The notes beneath the pieces are model-generated. The model searched no databases. It was not told where the DNA came from and was given only the letters and a program-made list of their open reading frames with translations. A stretch of 46,369 nucleotides of DNA, from NCBI GenBank assembly GCA_018064365.1, contig JAGHVJ010000019.1, positions 1 to 46,369 of the forward strand, written 5' to 3'. The position numbers and the translations under genes were made by a program. Position 1 is the first letter of the stretch; the number at the start of each line of letters is the position of its first letter. Source of the DNA: Candidatus Enterousia onthequi (lineage in GTDB: Bacteria > Pseudomonadota > Alphaproteobacteria > Rs-D84). Shown in pieces: positions 26,758 to 36,028 of this stretch.

Positions 26758-29700
26758 ATGGCGGGTTTTGTTCATCTTCATGTGCATTCAAAAATTTCTG
26801 TGGGTGCCAGTACTTTATCTATTGCGGCTAATAAAAAGGCCGGAATATTGGCTGGCATCCCAGAATTATGCATTGCTGATGGTATGACGGCATGTGCGCT
26901 GACAGATACAAATATGATGTCTGGATGCGCAGAATTGTCGGATGTTATGCCTGCAAATAAATTACAACCAATAATCGGTATTGAGATTTCTTTGAATCAA
27001 CATACCGCAGATCCAAAAGTTTTACGCGATTCTGCGTTGTCCAAGATTGTTTTATTGGCACAAAATCACGATGGGTATTTGAATTTGTGCGAATTGACTC
27101 GCATTATGTATATGCGACCGGACAATCATCATTTGGGACCATATATTACTTTTGAAGATTTGGAACCATTATCTAGGAATTTAATCTGTTTATCTGGGGC
27201 ACATTTGGGGCCGATTGGGATGGCTGTGTTGAATGCACAAAATTCCACAGCGGATACATATGCTAAAAGATTGCAATCTATATTCGGCGACAGATTTTAT
27301 ATCGAAATTCAACGTCATGGTTTAGAAGATGAAATAAAAACCGAACCTGAATTTTTGCGTATTGCCCAAGATTTTAATATACCTATTGTCGCGACAAACA
27401 ATGTTTGTTTTGCAGCACCTGAAAATTACGAGGCGACCGATGCGTTGGGATGTGTGTTGGGACAAACCAAGGTTATCGACCCAAACCGTTTGCGCGAATC
27501 TTCGGAACAGTATTTTAAGTCAACTGCTGAAATGACAGAATTGTTTAGCGATTTGCCCGAAGCGATTGAAAACACTGAAATAATTGCGTCCAGATGTGGA
27601 TTCTTGGTAAACGTTCATGAAAAACCTTTGTTGCCAAAATTTGGTGATGATTTTGATACCGAGTGTCAGATGTTGCGCGACAACACGATGAACGGGTTAA
27701 AGGCACGAATTGAAGAACACGGCATTACCGATACCCAGCCATACTATGACCAGGCTGAATTTGAGTTAAATGTTATTATTGGTATGGGATTTCCGGGATA
27801 TTTTTTAATCGTTGCTGATTATATTCAATGGTGTCGCGATAATGATATTTTAACGGGGCCTGGGCGTGGTTCGGGTGCAGGTTCTATTGTGGCGTGGTGT
27901 TTGGGCATTACCCATGTTGACCCATTAAAGTATGGTTTGTTGTTTGAAAGATTTTTGAATCCTGACCGTATTTCTATGCCTGATTTTGATGTTGATTTTG
28001 AACCGACCGGAATTGAGCGGGTGTTGGCATATATTTGCGATAAATATGGGCATGATTCTGTGTGTCGCATTATTACATTTGGCAGTTTACAAGCACGTGG
28101 CGCAATTCGTGATATTGGACGCGTTTATGGGATTCCTTACTCTAAATCAGACAGATTGTCTAAACTGATTCCGGCAGATGCAAAAAAATTAAAAGACGCA
28201 GTGGATTCTTCGTCTGAAATGCAGGCGGTGTTGGCGGCAGACGCTGATATGGACAAGGTTGTAAAGGTTGCCGAAGAATTAGAAGGCGCCATTCGAAATC
28301 TGGGTCAACACGCATGCGGTGTTGTTATTGGCGACCGCCCAACGACACAAATTGCACCGGTATATCGCGACCCGTCTAACCCGTTACCGTCCAGTCAATA
28401 CGATGGACATTATTTAGAGGCTACGGGGTTAATCAAATTTGACTTTTTGGGTTTGGAAACATTGGTTGTATTAAAGCATGCTGTAAAGTTGATTCAACAA
28501 ACGCGCGGAGTAAATGTTGATTTAGATAAAATTCCAACCGATGACGATGTGACTATGAAATTATGGCAACGCGGTTTGACCGAAGGCATATTCCAATTCG
28601 ATGCTCCGTTTGTTAAACAGACATTGCGTAAAATGCAACCAACCAGTTTCTTGGAAATTTCGGCATTAAATGCTTTGAATCGTCCTGGGCCTATTGCGTT
28701 TATTCCACAATTTATTGCACGTATGCACGGCGAAGAAAAAATTGAATACGTGCACCCCAAGGCAGAACCGATATTAAAAGAATCTTATGGAATTATCGTT
28801 TATCAAGAACAGGTTATGTTGTTGACACGCGCATTGGCAAACTTTACACGCGGTGAATCTGATACTGTGCGTAAAGCCATGGGTAAAAAGAAATTGGATT
28901 TGTTGGCTAAATTAGAAGTTAAATTCTTGGACGGTTGTGAAGAGCAAGGAACATTGGACCGTGAAACAGCAAAAGATTTGTGGGAAAAATTTAAAGAGTT
29001 TGCAAAATATGCATTTAACAAATCACACGCGATTGCTTATTCTATTGTTGCAAACCAATGTGCATATTTAAAAGCCCATTATACCCCGGAATTTATTGCC
29101 GCAGCAATGTCCAGTAATTTAAATGATACAGACCAGTTATCTTTGTTTGTTGATGATGCAAAATCTAATTTTGGAATTCAAATTGTTGCACCCGATATAA
29201 ACGAAAGCGAATCTTTGTTTTCTGTGCGCGATGGTAAAATTGTTTATGCGTTGGCGGCTATCAAGGGTGTTGGTGTGGTGGCAACAGATGCAATTATTGC
29301 TGAACGACGTGCAAATGGAAAATTTAAAAATTTAACTGATTTTGCAAAACGTTGCGCGCCAATTATGAACAAAAGAATTTTAGAAGCATTCGCGCGTGTT
29401 GGTGTATTAGATTCTTTGGAGAAAAATCGTGCAGCAATATTTATGAACGCAGATATGATTTTGTCTTATGCGTCCAAAAGTAAAGGTAATGGAAATTCTT
29501 TATCTCTGTTTGCAAATACAACCCAAGACGATGTTATGGAAAACCGTTTGCAATCTAATTTGCCCAAAACTGAACCTTGGACATTTGCACAAAGATTAGA
29601 AAATGAATTGGCCGCATTGGGATTTTATATTTCTGCACACCCATTGGACCAATATAAAAATTTAATTGCACGCGAAAAATTGACAACCAGTGCTTCTTTG

Positions 29701-30192
29701 GAAACAGTTGGGGACAGAAAACCGGTGCGTATTGCCGCAAATGTCGGTGCTTTTTCACGACGCAGAACAAAAACCGGCAAAGAAATGATTACGATTGCTG
29801 CAACAGACAGCTTTGGCAATATTGATGCGGTTGCGTTCGGTGATGCATCGTTAGAGTTCGCAAACATTTTATCCAAAGAATCTTTGGTTTTGATATCTGG
29901 TAAATCGTCAAATCGCGACGACCGTGTGTCTGTATTTGTTGATTCTATAACACCGTTGTCTGTATGGGTTGCAAAAATTGCAAAGAAAATTACTTTGGAT
30001 GTATGGAACGGCGATGTGTTGCCAGATTTGAAAAAAACTTTGTCTGGCCTGCCCCGTGGTGTAACACGTGTTGTGTTGAATCTGCACGGTGTGGACAAGA
30101 TTGCGACAATGGCTTTGCCGGGAGGTGTTGAACTGGGTGAACACACGGCTTCTGATTTAACAGCATTGGGGGTCAAGGTACAAATAGAATGA
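26758..30192 (+). CDS. dnaE: DNA polymerase III alpha subunit
   Basis: N-terminal PHP domain (FVHLHVHS), GFPGYFLIVADYIQW, PGRGSGAGSIVAWCLGIT, PDFDVDF, an OB-fold tail and a length of 1144 aa. Confidence 0.97.
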   Translation: MAGFVHLHVHSKISVGASTLSIAANKKAGILAGIPELCIADGMTACALTDTNMMSGCAELSDVMPANKLQPIIGIEISLNQHTADPKVLRDSALSKIVLLAQNHDGYLNLCELTRIMYMRPDNHHLGPYITFEDLEPLSRNLICLSGAHLGPIGMAVLNAQNSTADTYAKRLQSIFGDRFYIEIQRHGLEDEIKTEPEFLRIAQDFNIPIVATNNVCFAAPENYEATDALGCVLGQTKVIDPNRLRESSEQYFKSTAEMTELFSDLPEAIENTEIIASRCGFLVNVHEKPLLPKFGDDFDTECQMLRDNTMNGLKARIEEHGITDTQPYYDQAEFELNVIIGMGFPGYFLIVADYIQWCRDNDILTGPGRGSGAGSIVAWCLGITHVDPLKYGLLFERFLNPDRISMPDFDVDFEPTGIERVLAYICDKYGHDSVCRIITFGSLQARGAIRDIGRVYGIPYSKSDRLSKLIPADAKKLKDAVDSSSEMQAVLAADADMDKVVKVAEELEGAIRNLGQHACGVVIGDRPTTQIAPVYRDPSNPLPSSQYDGHYLEATGLIKFDFLGLETLVVLKHAVKLIQQTRGVNVDLDKIPTDDDVTMKLWQRGLTEGIFQFDAPFVKQTLRKMQPTSFLEISALNALNRPGPIAFIPQFIARMHGEEKIEYVHPKAEPILKESYGIIVYQEQVMLLTRALANFTRGESDTVRKAMGKKKLDLLAKLEVKFLDGCEEQGTLDRETAKDLWEKFKEFAKYAFNKSHAIAYSIVANQCAYLKAHYTPEFIAAAMSSNLNDTDQLSLFVDDAKSNFGIQIVAPDINESESLFSVRDGKIVYALAAIKGVGVVATDAIIAERRANGKFKNLTDFAKRCAPIMNKRILEAFARVGVLDSLEKNRAAIFMNADMILSYASKSKGNGNSLSLFANTTQDDVMENRLQSNLPKTEPWTFAQRLENELAALGFYISAHPLDQYKNLIAREKLTTSASLETVGDRKPVRIAANVGAFSRRRTKTGKEMITIAATDSFGNIDAVAFGDASLEFANILSKESLVLISGKSSNRDDRVSVFVDSITPLSVWVAKIAKKITLDVWNGDVLPDLKKTLSGLPRGVTRVVLNLHGVDKIATMALPGGVELGEHTASDLTALGVKVQIE

Positions 30193-31037
30193 TAAAACAC
30201 ATTCCTGTTCTTTTAAATTCTGTTATGCGCGAATTGGGCGACATTCGCGGGTATCGTATTTTGGATGCAACATTTGGCGCGGGTGGATATACTCGTGCTT
30301 TCTTGGAGGCGGGTGCATCTGTTGTTGCGTTTGACCGCGACCCACATGTTGTTGCGGATGCAAATGAAATCGCAGATGAATTTGGTGACAGATTTCGTTT
30401 TATTGCTGCGCCTTTTTCCAAAATGTCTGAACTGGACGAAAAATTTGATGCGATTGTTTTTGATTTAGGAATTTCTTCTATGCAAATTGATGTTCCCGAA
30501 CGTGGCTTTTCTTTTCGTGGGGACGCACCGTTGGATATGCGTATGTCTGGTGTTGGCGTGGGGGCTGCGGATTTAATAGAACAATCAACAGAATCAGAAC
30601 TGGCTAAAATATTGCGTGAATATGGTGATTTATCCCGTGCGGGGGCGATTGCACGCGCGATAATAAAAAACAAACCAAAAACAACATTTGAATTAAAAAA
30701 TTTAATTTACAATCCGCGTGATGTAGCACCTGTATTCCAGGCTTTGCGTATTGCGGTAAACGATGAAATGGGCGAAGTCCGTCGCGCATTAGAGGCGGTG
30801 CCAAAATTATTAAATGTCGGCGGTAAATGTCTGGTTGTGACATTTCATTCATTAGAAGATAGAATTGTAAAAAATACTTTTCGTGATTGGACAACCGTAC
30901 CAGGAAATCCGTTGATTCCGACAACAACACCGGCACCGTTTCAATTGTTGCGTGCGGTTGTGTCAGATACGGCGGAAATAGAGGCAAATCCTCGGGCGCG
31001 TTCTGCGCATTTGCGTGGGGTACAAAAATCATATTGA
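30189..31037 (+). CDS. rsmH: 16S rRNA (cytosine1402-N4)-methyltransferase RsmH/MraW
   Basis: HIPVLLNSV..., DATFGAGGYTRAFLE, FDLGISSMQID and ERGFSF motifs. Its start overlaps the dnaE stop (ATGA). Confidence 0.93.
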   Translation: MIKHIPVLLNSVMRELGDIRGYRILDATFGAGGYTRAFLEAGASVVAFDRDPHVVADANEIADEFGDRFRFIAAPFSKMSELDEKFDAIVFDLGISSMQIDVPERGFSFRGDAPLDMRMSGVGVGAADLIEQSTESELAKILREYGDLSRAGAIARAIIKNKPKTTFELKNLIYNPRDVAPVFQALRIAVNDEMGEVRRALEAVPKLLNVGGKCLVVTFHSLEDRIVKNTFRDWTTVPGNPLIPTTTPAPFQLLRAVVSDTAEIEANPRARSAHLRGVQKSY

Positions 31038-31086
31038 CCAAGGCGTGCAATTTAATGTAATCTAGGCAAAAAAAGGACAAGGAAAG

Positions 31087-31578
31087 ATGAAAAAATTATT
31101 AGCGTTTGTATTTGGTATATTTGGCGCAACAAATGTGTTTGCCAATCCTGCTTGTGCGGTTTGCACGGTGGCAATTGGCGCGACATTGACAATTTCGCGC
31201 AAATTGGGCGTATGCGACAATGCGGTTGCTGTTTGGTTGGGTGCGTTTTTGGTTATATTGGGATATTGGGCAATAAAATGGTTCGACAATCGCAATTGGC
31301 ACTTTTTTGGTCGTAATGCGGTTTTGATGTTATTATCTTTTTCTACGATTGGAACATTGTATATAAGCCAGTTAAAATACCAGCCGTGTTATTGGATAAT
31401 CGACGCGTTTTTACTGTGGGCAATAGTTGGCGGTGTGGTATATGTGTTATCGCAAAAGTTATACGAATTTATGAAACAAAAAAATAATAATCATGCACAC
31501 TTTCCTTTTGAAAAGGTTGTGATGGCGCTCGGTATGTTATTTATCACCAGTTTCATAGTTTCAAAATTTGCAATGTAA
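31087..31578 (+). CDS. Hypothetical polytopic membrane protein with a CAVC motif after the first hydrophobic segment
   Basis: RBS AAGGAAAG. The sequence MKKLLAFVFGIFGATNVFANPACAVCTVAIGA is followed by three to four hydrophobic helices. Function unknown. Confidence 0.7.
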   Translation: MKKLLAFVFGIFGATNVFANPACAVCTVAIGATLTISRKLGVCDNAVAVWLGAFLVILGYWAIKWFDNRNWHFFGRNAVLMLLSFSTIGTLYISQLKYQPCYWIIDAFLLWAIVGGVVYVLSQKLYEFMKQKNNNHAHFPFEKVVMALGMLFITSFIVSKFAM

Positions 31579-31598
31579 ATAAAAAGAAAGGAAATGAT

Positions 31599-32213
31599 AT
31601 GAAAAAAGATATGAAAAAATTGACTATGCAGGAAATGATTGAAAAAGTTGACGCTGCAAAGAAAGCCAACCCGTTAGATTTGTCTTCGGACCAAGATTTA
31701 TCTATCGCTCTGATGAATTTGATTTCATTAGAAGAACATTTCTTTTTCAGTGGTGCAAAAACTCAAAAGACCGGTTTTTATGATTTGTTGAATACCGTTC
31801 GTTCTATGCGTAAAGAATTGATGGAACGTATTGTCGATAAATCTTCGGTCGAAGGTGGCGAAGTATGGTGCATTTCAAAACATTTGTTGGCGGCTTCTAT
31901 GCGTTTGATGGAGGTTGGAACCAAGGCATTGGGTGCTGGAAACAAGAAAGATGCGACCCAAATGTTTGAAAAAGCATATGATTTATATTCTTTGTTTTGG
32001 GGATTAAATATGCACCTAATTGATTTGGATGGTGTGCATGAATCTGTGCCGGCATTTTATGATGGTGCGGTCGCGGCGTGCAAAATGGATACACCAAAAA
32101 AATCAGCCAAAGAAAAATCTGTTGCAGCTGCGAATAATACCGATGGCGAAAAGTCAACAGTTAAACGTTTGGGTCAATGGGTTAAAAAGGCGGTAAATTG
32201 TTGCATTGAATAA
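31599..32213 (+). CDS. Hypothetical soluble helical protein (204 aa) ending in ...KKAVNCCIE
   Basis: RBS AAAGGAAA. A conserved-looking core reads LISLEEHFFFSGAKT...GEVWCISKHLLAASMRLMEVG...YDLYSLFWGLN. Function unknown. Confidence 0.7.
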   Translation: MKKDMKKLTMQEMIEKVDAAKKANPLDLSSDQDLSIALMNLISLEEHFFFSGAKTQKTGFYDLLNTVRSMRKELMERIVDKSSVEGGEVWCISKHLLAASMRLMEVGTKALGAGNKKDATQMFEKAYDLYSLFWGLNMHLIDLDGVHESVPAFYDGAVAACKMDTPKKSAKEKSVAAANNTDGEKSTVKRLGQWVKKAVNCCIE

Positions 32214-32267
32214 AAGGTGTTGATTTGTTTTTTTGAAAAATGATATAATACCATCAAGAGAGAATAA

Positions 32268-34658
32268 ATGATTAAACATTTGAGATATATTTTATGTGGA
32301 TTGTTGGCGGTTGGAATGACCGCAGCTGGTGCGTTTGCGACAAATACTGGAACTTCGCGCGCAGCTGTATCAGAACGCGCACGTGTATCTGGTATGACAG
32401 CAACGCGTAATGCAAAACAACCGGTGGTTTCAAAACGTAGCACCGCAACACGTTCGGGGCATACTGTTGCAAAACGCGCGTCTGTTTCACCGAATCGTGT
32501 GGCAACGACCGCATCTTCTATTTCTCGGGTTGGTAATATTATCGGCAGTGCGGGCAACGCAGTGGTTCGTCGTGCGTTGGGTTTGTCACGTAATGCAACA
32601 TCTGGTTCTGTGGTACGCGTGGCAACGACACATGGCAATACTGCGCGTTCGGCTGCGAAAATGGGTGGTGCGTCGCGTGCGCGTGCAACTGCGGTATTTT
32701 CAGATGTGTCTAAATTGGGCGACGGTTATAATCAATGTCGTGATGCATATAATACCTGTATGGACCAGTTTTGCGCAGGTGCAAATGAAACGTATCGCAG
32801 ATGTTATTGCAGTAATACTTTTCGTGATTTCCGCGACCGTGAAGATGCTTTGGATGCGGCAACAACATTATTGGCACAGTTTGAAAACAATAATTTAAAT
32901 GCTGTAAACAAAACCGCCGAGGAAGTTAATGCAATGTATTCTGCAACCGAAGGCGAAATGGCGATAAAAACTGACACATCTGGGGCGGCTGCATTATTGA
33001 ACGATATTGGCGACTTGCTGTCTGGCAAGAAAAAAGCAACATCAGTTCCGCAAAACAACATGATGTCGATGAACGGTTTATCTATTGACTTTTCTGGTGA
33101 TTTAGATGACATATGGGGTGCCAGTTCTTCTGCATCATTGTTTAGCACAGAATCTTCTGCGAGTGATTTATCCACGATGGAGGGTGCAGAATTATATAAC
33201 AACGCACACACACAATGTATGCAATTGGTTGGTTCTGTGTGTGATGCCGGCGCGGTTCGTAATATGGCAAAGAGTGCATACAGCATTTTAATTACCCAAG
33301 ATTGTAATGCGTATCAAAAGAAAATAGATGCCAAGACCGAACAGGTAAAAACAACTGTGCGCACGGCGGAAAAATACCTGCGCGAGGCAAGATTGGAAGA
33401 ATACCGCGCACATAATTCTGCGGATGTGAACGAATGTTTAGACAAGGTAGAAAAGGCAATGTTGGCACCAACTGCGTGTGATGCAGATTATGTAAAATGC
33501 TTGGATTATTCTGGTGTATATATCAATTCTACATCTGGCGAACCGATTTATTCCCCACGTTTGTTTAAATTGAATGAATTGATTACATTGGATGGCGTGT
33601 CGGCGGATGTTTTGGTACAAAATCCAGAATTTAATCAATTTTTGGATTCCAAACGCATGTATGCGCAAACAGCATTAGATTCTTGTCGTGGTATAGCGGA
33701 TACGGTTTGGTCTGAATTCAAACGCAATGCATTGATTAAAATTTCCCAGGCACAAGATGAAAAAATCGAAGAAGTCAAAATGTCTTGTGTTTCTACGATG
33801 AAGGAATGTTATGATGCAACAAGCGGACAGTTGAAAAGTTTTGACGACACAACGGCGCAATCATCTGGGGCATTGGCGGCGCGTGCGTCACGCGACATGT
33901 GTTCCGACAAGGTTTTGGCGTGTGCGGCATTATATGGCGATACAGACGGGTGTGTTATTGATGTAAAAACAAACAAAGTGACCACAACCTCTGGTAAAAG
34001 TTGCGGTTTAACATCGTTGATGAATTTTGTTGATACGGTTGACGATGTTCGTATTGCCGAGGGGTGTGCCACCGCGGTTCAGAATTATTTAAAAGATTTA
34101 TGTACCCCAACAAGCGGAGAAGAAGGCTATCCATGGAATTGTAGATTAATGAATTTTGGCGATTTAAATAGCATAACATGGGTTAACAAAAGTAACGCGA
34201 CCACTTTGGTAGATAAAGTTGTAAATTTTGCTTTTGATACTTGTGGATTGCAGAATGGTGAAACACGTGTTCAAAATGAGGTGTTGGGAGAGTTGTCAGG
34301 CATAATGGAAATGTTAGAGGGGCAATTGTCTGACAAATGCACAGAATTAGACGGTTATTGGTATGCCAAGACAGCCGTTGTGGGTAATGTAAGTGCTATG
34401 ACACCATTAAAATCTTTTTATTCAACTGTATTTGGAGGACGTGAAACAGATAATGAAAAAAGTATCGGCACGTGTTTTGAAAATACAACCATGGTTCAAT
34501 GTATAGGATATAACGAAGACAACGCAAAAGATGGTGACATGGCACGATATGATGCTGCACGAGACGAATGTGTGTTTACAGATAAATGGTATGAGCAACA
34601 ATGTGGCTTGTTGGGTAGAGGATATTTTGAAAACGGAGTTTGTTATGTTGCACAATAA
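32268..34658 (+). CDS. Secreted Cys-rich protein (796 aa) with a basic R/S/T/A-rich N-terminal low-complexity region
   Basis: Signal peptide MIKHLRYILCGLLAVGMTAAGAFA. About 120 aa of RAAVSERARVS...VAKRASVS...VRVATT... follow, then a long helical region with many paired Cys (YNQCRDAYNTCMDQFCAG...RRCYCS). Confidence 0.8.
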   Translation: MIKHLRYILCGLLAVGMTAAGAFATNTGTSRAAVSERARVSGMTATRNAKQPVVSKRSTATRSGHTVAKRASVSPNRVATTASSISRVGNIIGSAGNAVVRRALGLSRNATSGSVVRVATTHGNTARSAAKMGGASRARATAVFSDVSKLGDGYNQCRDAYNTCMDQFCAGANETYRRCYCSNTFRDFRDREDALDAATTLLAQFENNNLNAVNKTAEEVNAMYSATEGEMAIKTDTSGAAALLNDIGDLLSGKKKATSVPQNNMMSMNGLSIDFSGDLDDIWGASSSASLFSTESSASDLSTMEGAELYNNAHTQCMQLVGSVCDAGAVRNMAKSAYSILITQDCNAYQKKIDAKTEQVKTTVRTAEKYLREARLEEYRAHNSADVNECLDKVEKAMLAPTACDADYVKCLDYSGVYINSTSGEPIYSPRLFKLNELITLDGVSADVLVQNPEFNQFLDSKRMYAQTALDSCRGIADTVWSEFKRNALIKISQAQDEKIEEVKMSCVSTMKECYDATSGQLKSFDDTTAQSSGALAARASRDMCSDKVLACAALYGDTDGCVIDVKTNKVTTTSGKSCGLTSLMNFVDTVDDVRIAEGCATAVQNYLKDLCTPTSGEEGYPWNCRLMNFGDLNSITWVNKSNATTLVDKVVNFAFDTCGLQNGETRVQNEVLGELSGIMEMLEGQLSDKCTELDGYWYAKTAVVGNVSAMTPLKSFYSTVFGGRETDNEKSIGTCFENTTMVQCIGYNEDNAKDGDMARYDAARDECVFTDKWYEQQCGLLGRGYFENGVCYVAQ

Positions 34659-35970
34659 AATAAATACATGTGGTGGTCTTGTAATTTTCTTTGTGGTGTT
34701 TTTCATAAATTCTGTTGGTCATTGTTATGTCAGTGATTCTATAAAGGCAGGATATAATTGGACGTCCAGTTCTTCTAACAATCACTGTAAATCACACGGT
34801 ATTGATGATGCGTGTGTTGGTAATAGTGCGGTATCTGGAGGTGTTTGTACGGGCTGGGGCAATCGTGGAACTTATAGTGACGAGAGAGCAACATTGTTAT
34901 TTATTGCACATCAGGTTAATGCAAATGGAGCAAAATTTTGTTTGACCCAAGTCCAGGGTGCAAATAAGAATAAAAACAAAGGCGTGGCTGGTCCTTGGCT
35001 TACTTATTATGCTGCCGCTGGGAATCAAACAAAATGCTTTTGGTTGTGTAAAGCAGGTTATGGTGGTCCAGAGTGTAATGACCCAGTAGCAGATGGAGCG
35101 GTATGCAATGCTGAAGAAATATCCAGAAACGCTTTTAGTGGGTACAAACTTGCCACTTCTAGTACTATGAATTTAGAAAGTACGGATTGGATGTTTGGTC
35201 GTTGGCAAAATCCTGGCACAAAATGTAATGCGCATGGAGAAAATGAGCACGAGGCTTTCTTGGCTGTTTCTGGATGGCTTCCGAGTGGTCATGGCGCAAA
35301 AGTTGCTCCGATGATGGCGTGGGCTGACCGGAGTGGTTGGGACGACATGGAATCAGCACCAATTATCCATAGGGTGGGCGACCAGTTGTTAATGTGTTCA
35401 CCTGGATACAAACCAAATCCGTCCAATACAGATTGTGAGGTGGTTAATGCTACGACATGTATGTTGCAAAATGGAACTTTTTGTGACGGGTTTTCTCGAG
35501 ATAAATTTGATGAAACTATACACACTATAGATTCAACTTCTGCAGGCAAGTGTTTACGTTATTTTTGTAAAGATTCTAACAAGGCATTCCCATCATCTGG
35601 CGACACATCTTGTGAAGATTGCGCAGTTGGTGTTCGCGGTGGTCCAAATCCAAATAATGGAGTTTGTGTACTGTGTGATTTAGGACAGTATTTTGATTCA
35701 ACTTCTGGTCAATGCAAGTCTGCCTTGGGATTTTCGCGAACTGATTTACAATATGGTGTTGGAAAAACAAACTCTAAATCAGGAAAGGTATCTGATCAGT
35801 GTTGGACAAAGACAACACCGGAAGAATATGCGAATTGTGTAAAAGGTATAACTACATCAACAAGTATTGATTCATCGAACTTGGTACAAAAGTACAACTT
35901 TAATACACTCAAGTTAAAGCCAACGGATGTACAAACAACAAGTAAAACTAAACTTGCACCAAAATTATAA
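34645..35970 (+). CDS. Secreted Cys-rich protein (441 aa) with EGF-like and furin/TNFR-like cysteine spacing
   Basis: I prefer ATG 34645 (RBS ACGGAG), which gives MLHNKINTCGGLVIFFVVFFINSVGHC, a signal peptide; the track start at 34531 would add an N-terminal extension inside the upstream gene. Motifs CFWLCKAGYGGPEC and CEDCAVGVRGG...GVCVLCDLGQYFDSTSGQC. Confidence 0.75.
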   Translation: MLHNKINTCGGLVIFFVVFFINSVGHCYVSDSIKAGYNWTSSSSNNHCKSHGIDDACVGNSAVSGGVCTGWGNRGTYSDERATLLFIAHQVNANGAKFCLTQVQGANKNKNKGVAGPWLTYYAAAGNQTKCFWLCKAGYGGPECNDPVADGAVCNAEEISRNAFSGYKLATSSTMNLESTDWMFGRWQNPGTKCNAHGENEHEAFLAVSGWLPSGHGAKVAPMMAWADRSGWDDMESAPIIHRVGDQLLMCSPGYKPNPSNTDCEVVNATTCMLQNGTFCDGFSRDKFDETIHTIDSTSAGKCLRYFCKDSNKAFPSSGDTSCEDCAVGVRGGPNPNNGVCVLCDLGQYFDSTSGQCKSALGFSRTDLQYGVGKTNSKSGKVSDQCWTKTTPEEYANCVKGITTSTSIDSSNLVQKYNFNTLKLKPTDVQTTSKTKLAPKL

Positions 35971-35976
35971 AAACAC

Positions 35977-35999
35977 ACCGCCATTTCGGCGGTATTTTT
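35977..35999. terminator. Bidirectional terminator (Cys-rich operon / XRE regulator)
   Basis: Hairpin accgcc-atttc-ggcggt followed by attttt. Confidence 0.6.
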
Positions 36000-36028
36000 A
36001 TAAAAAATTATTTTATCCAAATTTATTT

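Noticed and set aside
34531-34644. Upstream start (34531) for the 479-aa version of the Cys-rich protein
   Set aside because: It would place 38 residues inside the preceding gene and bury the signal peptide. ATG 34645 with its RBS gives an N-terminal signal sequence.
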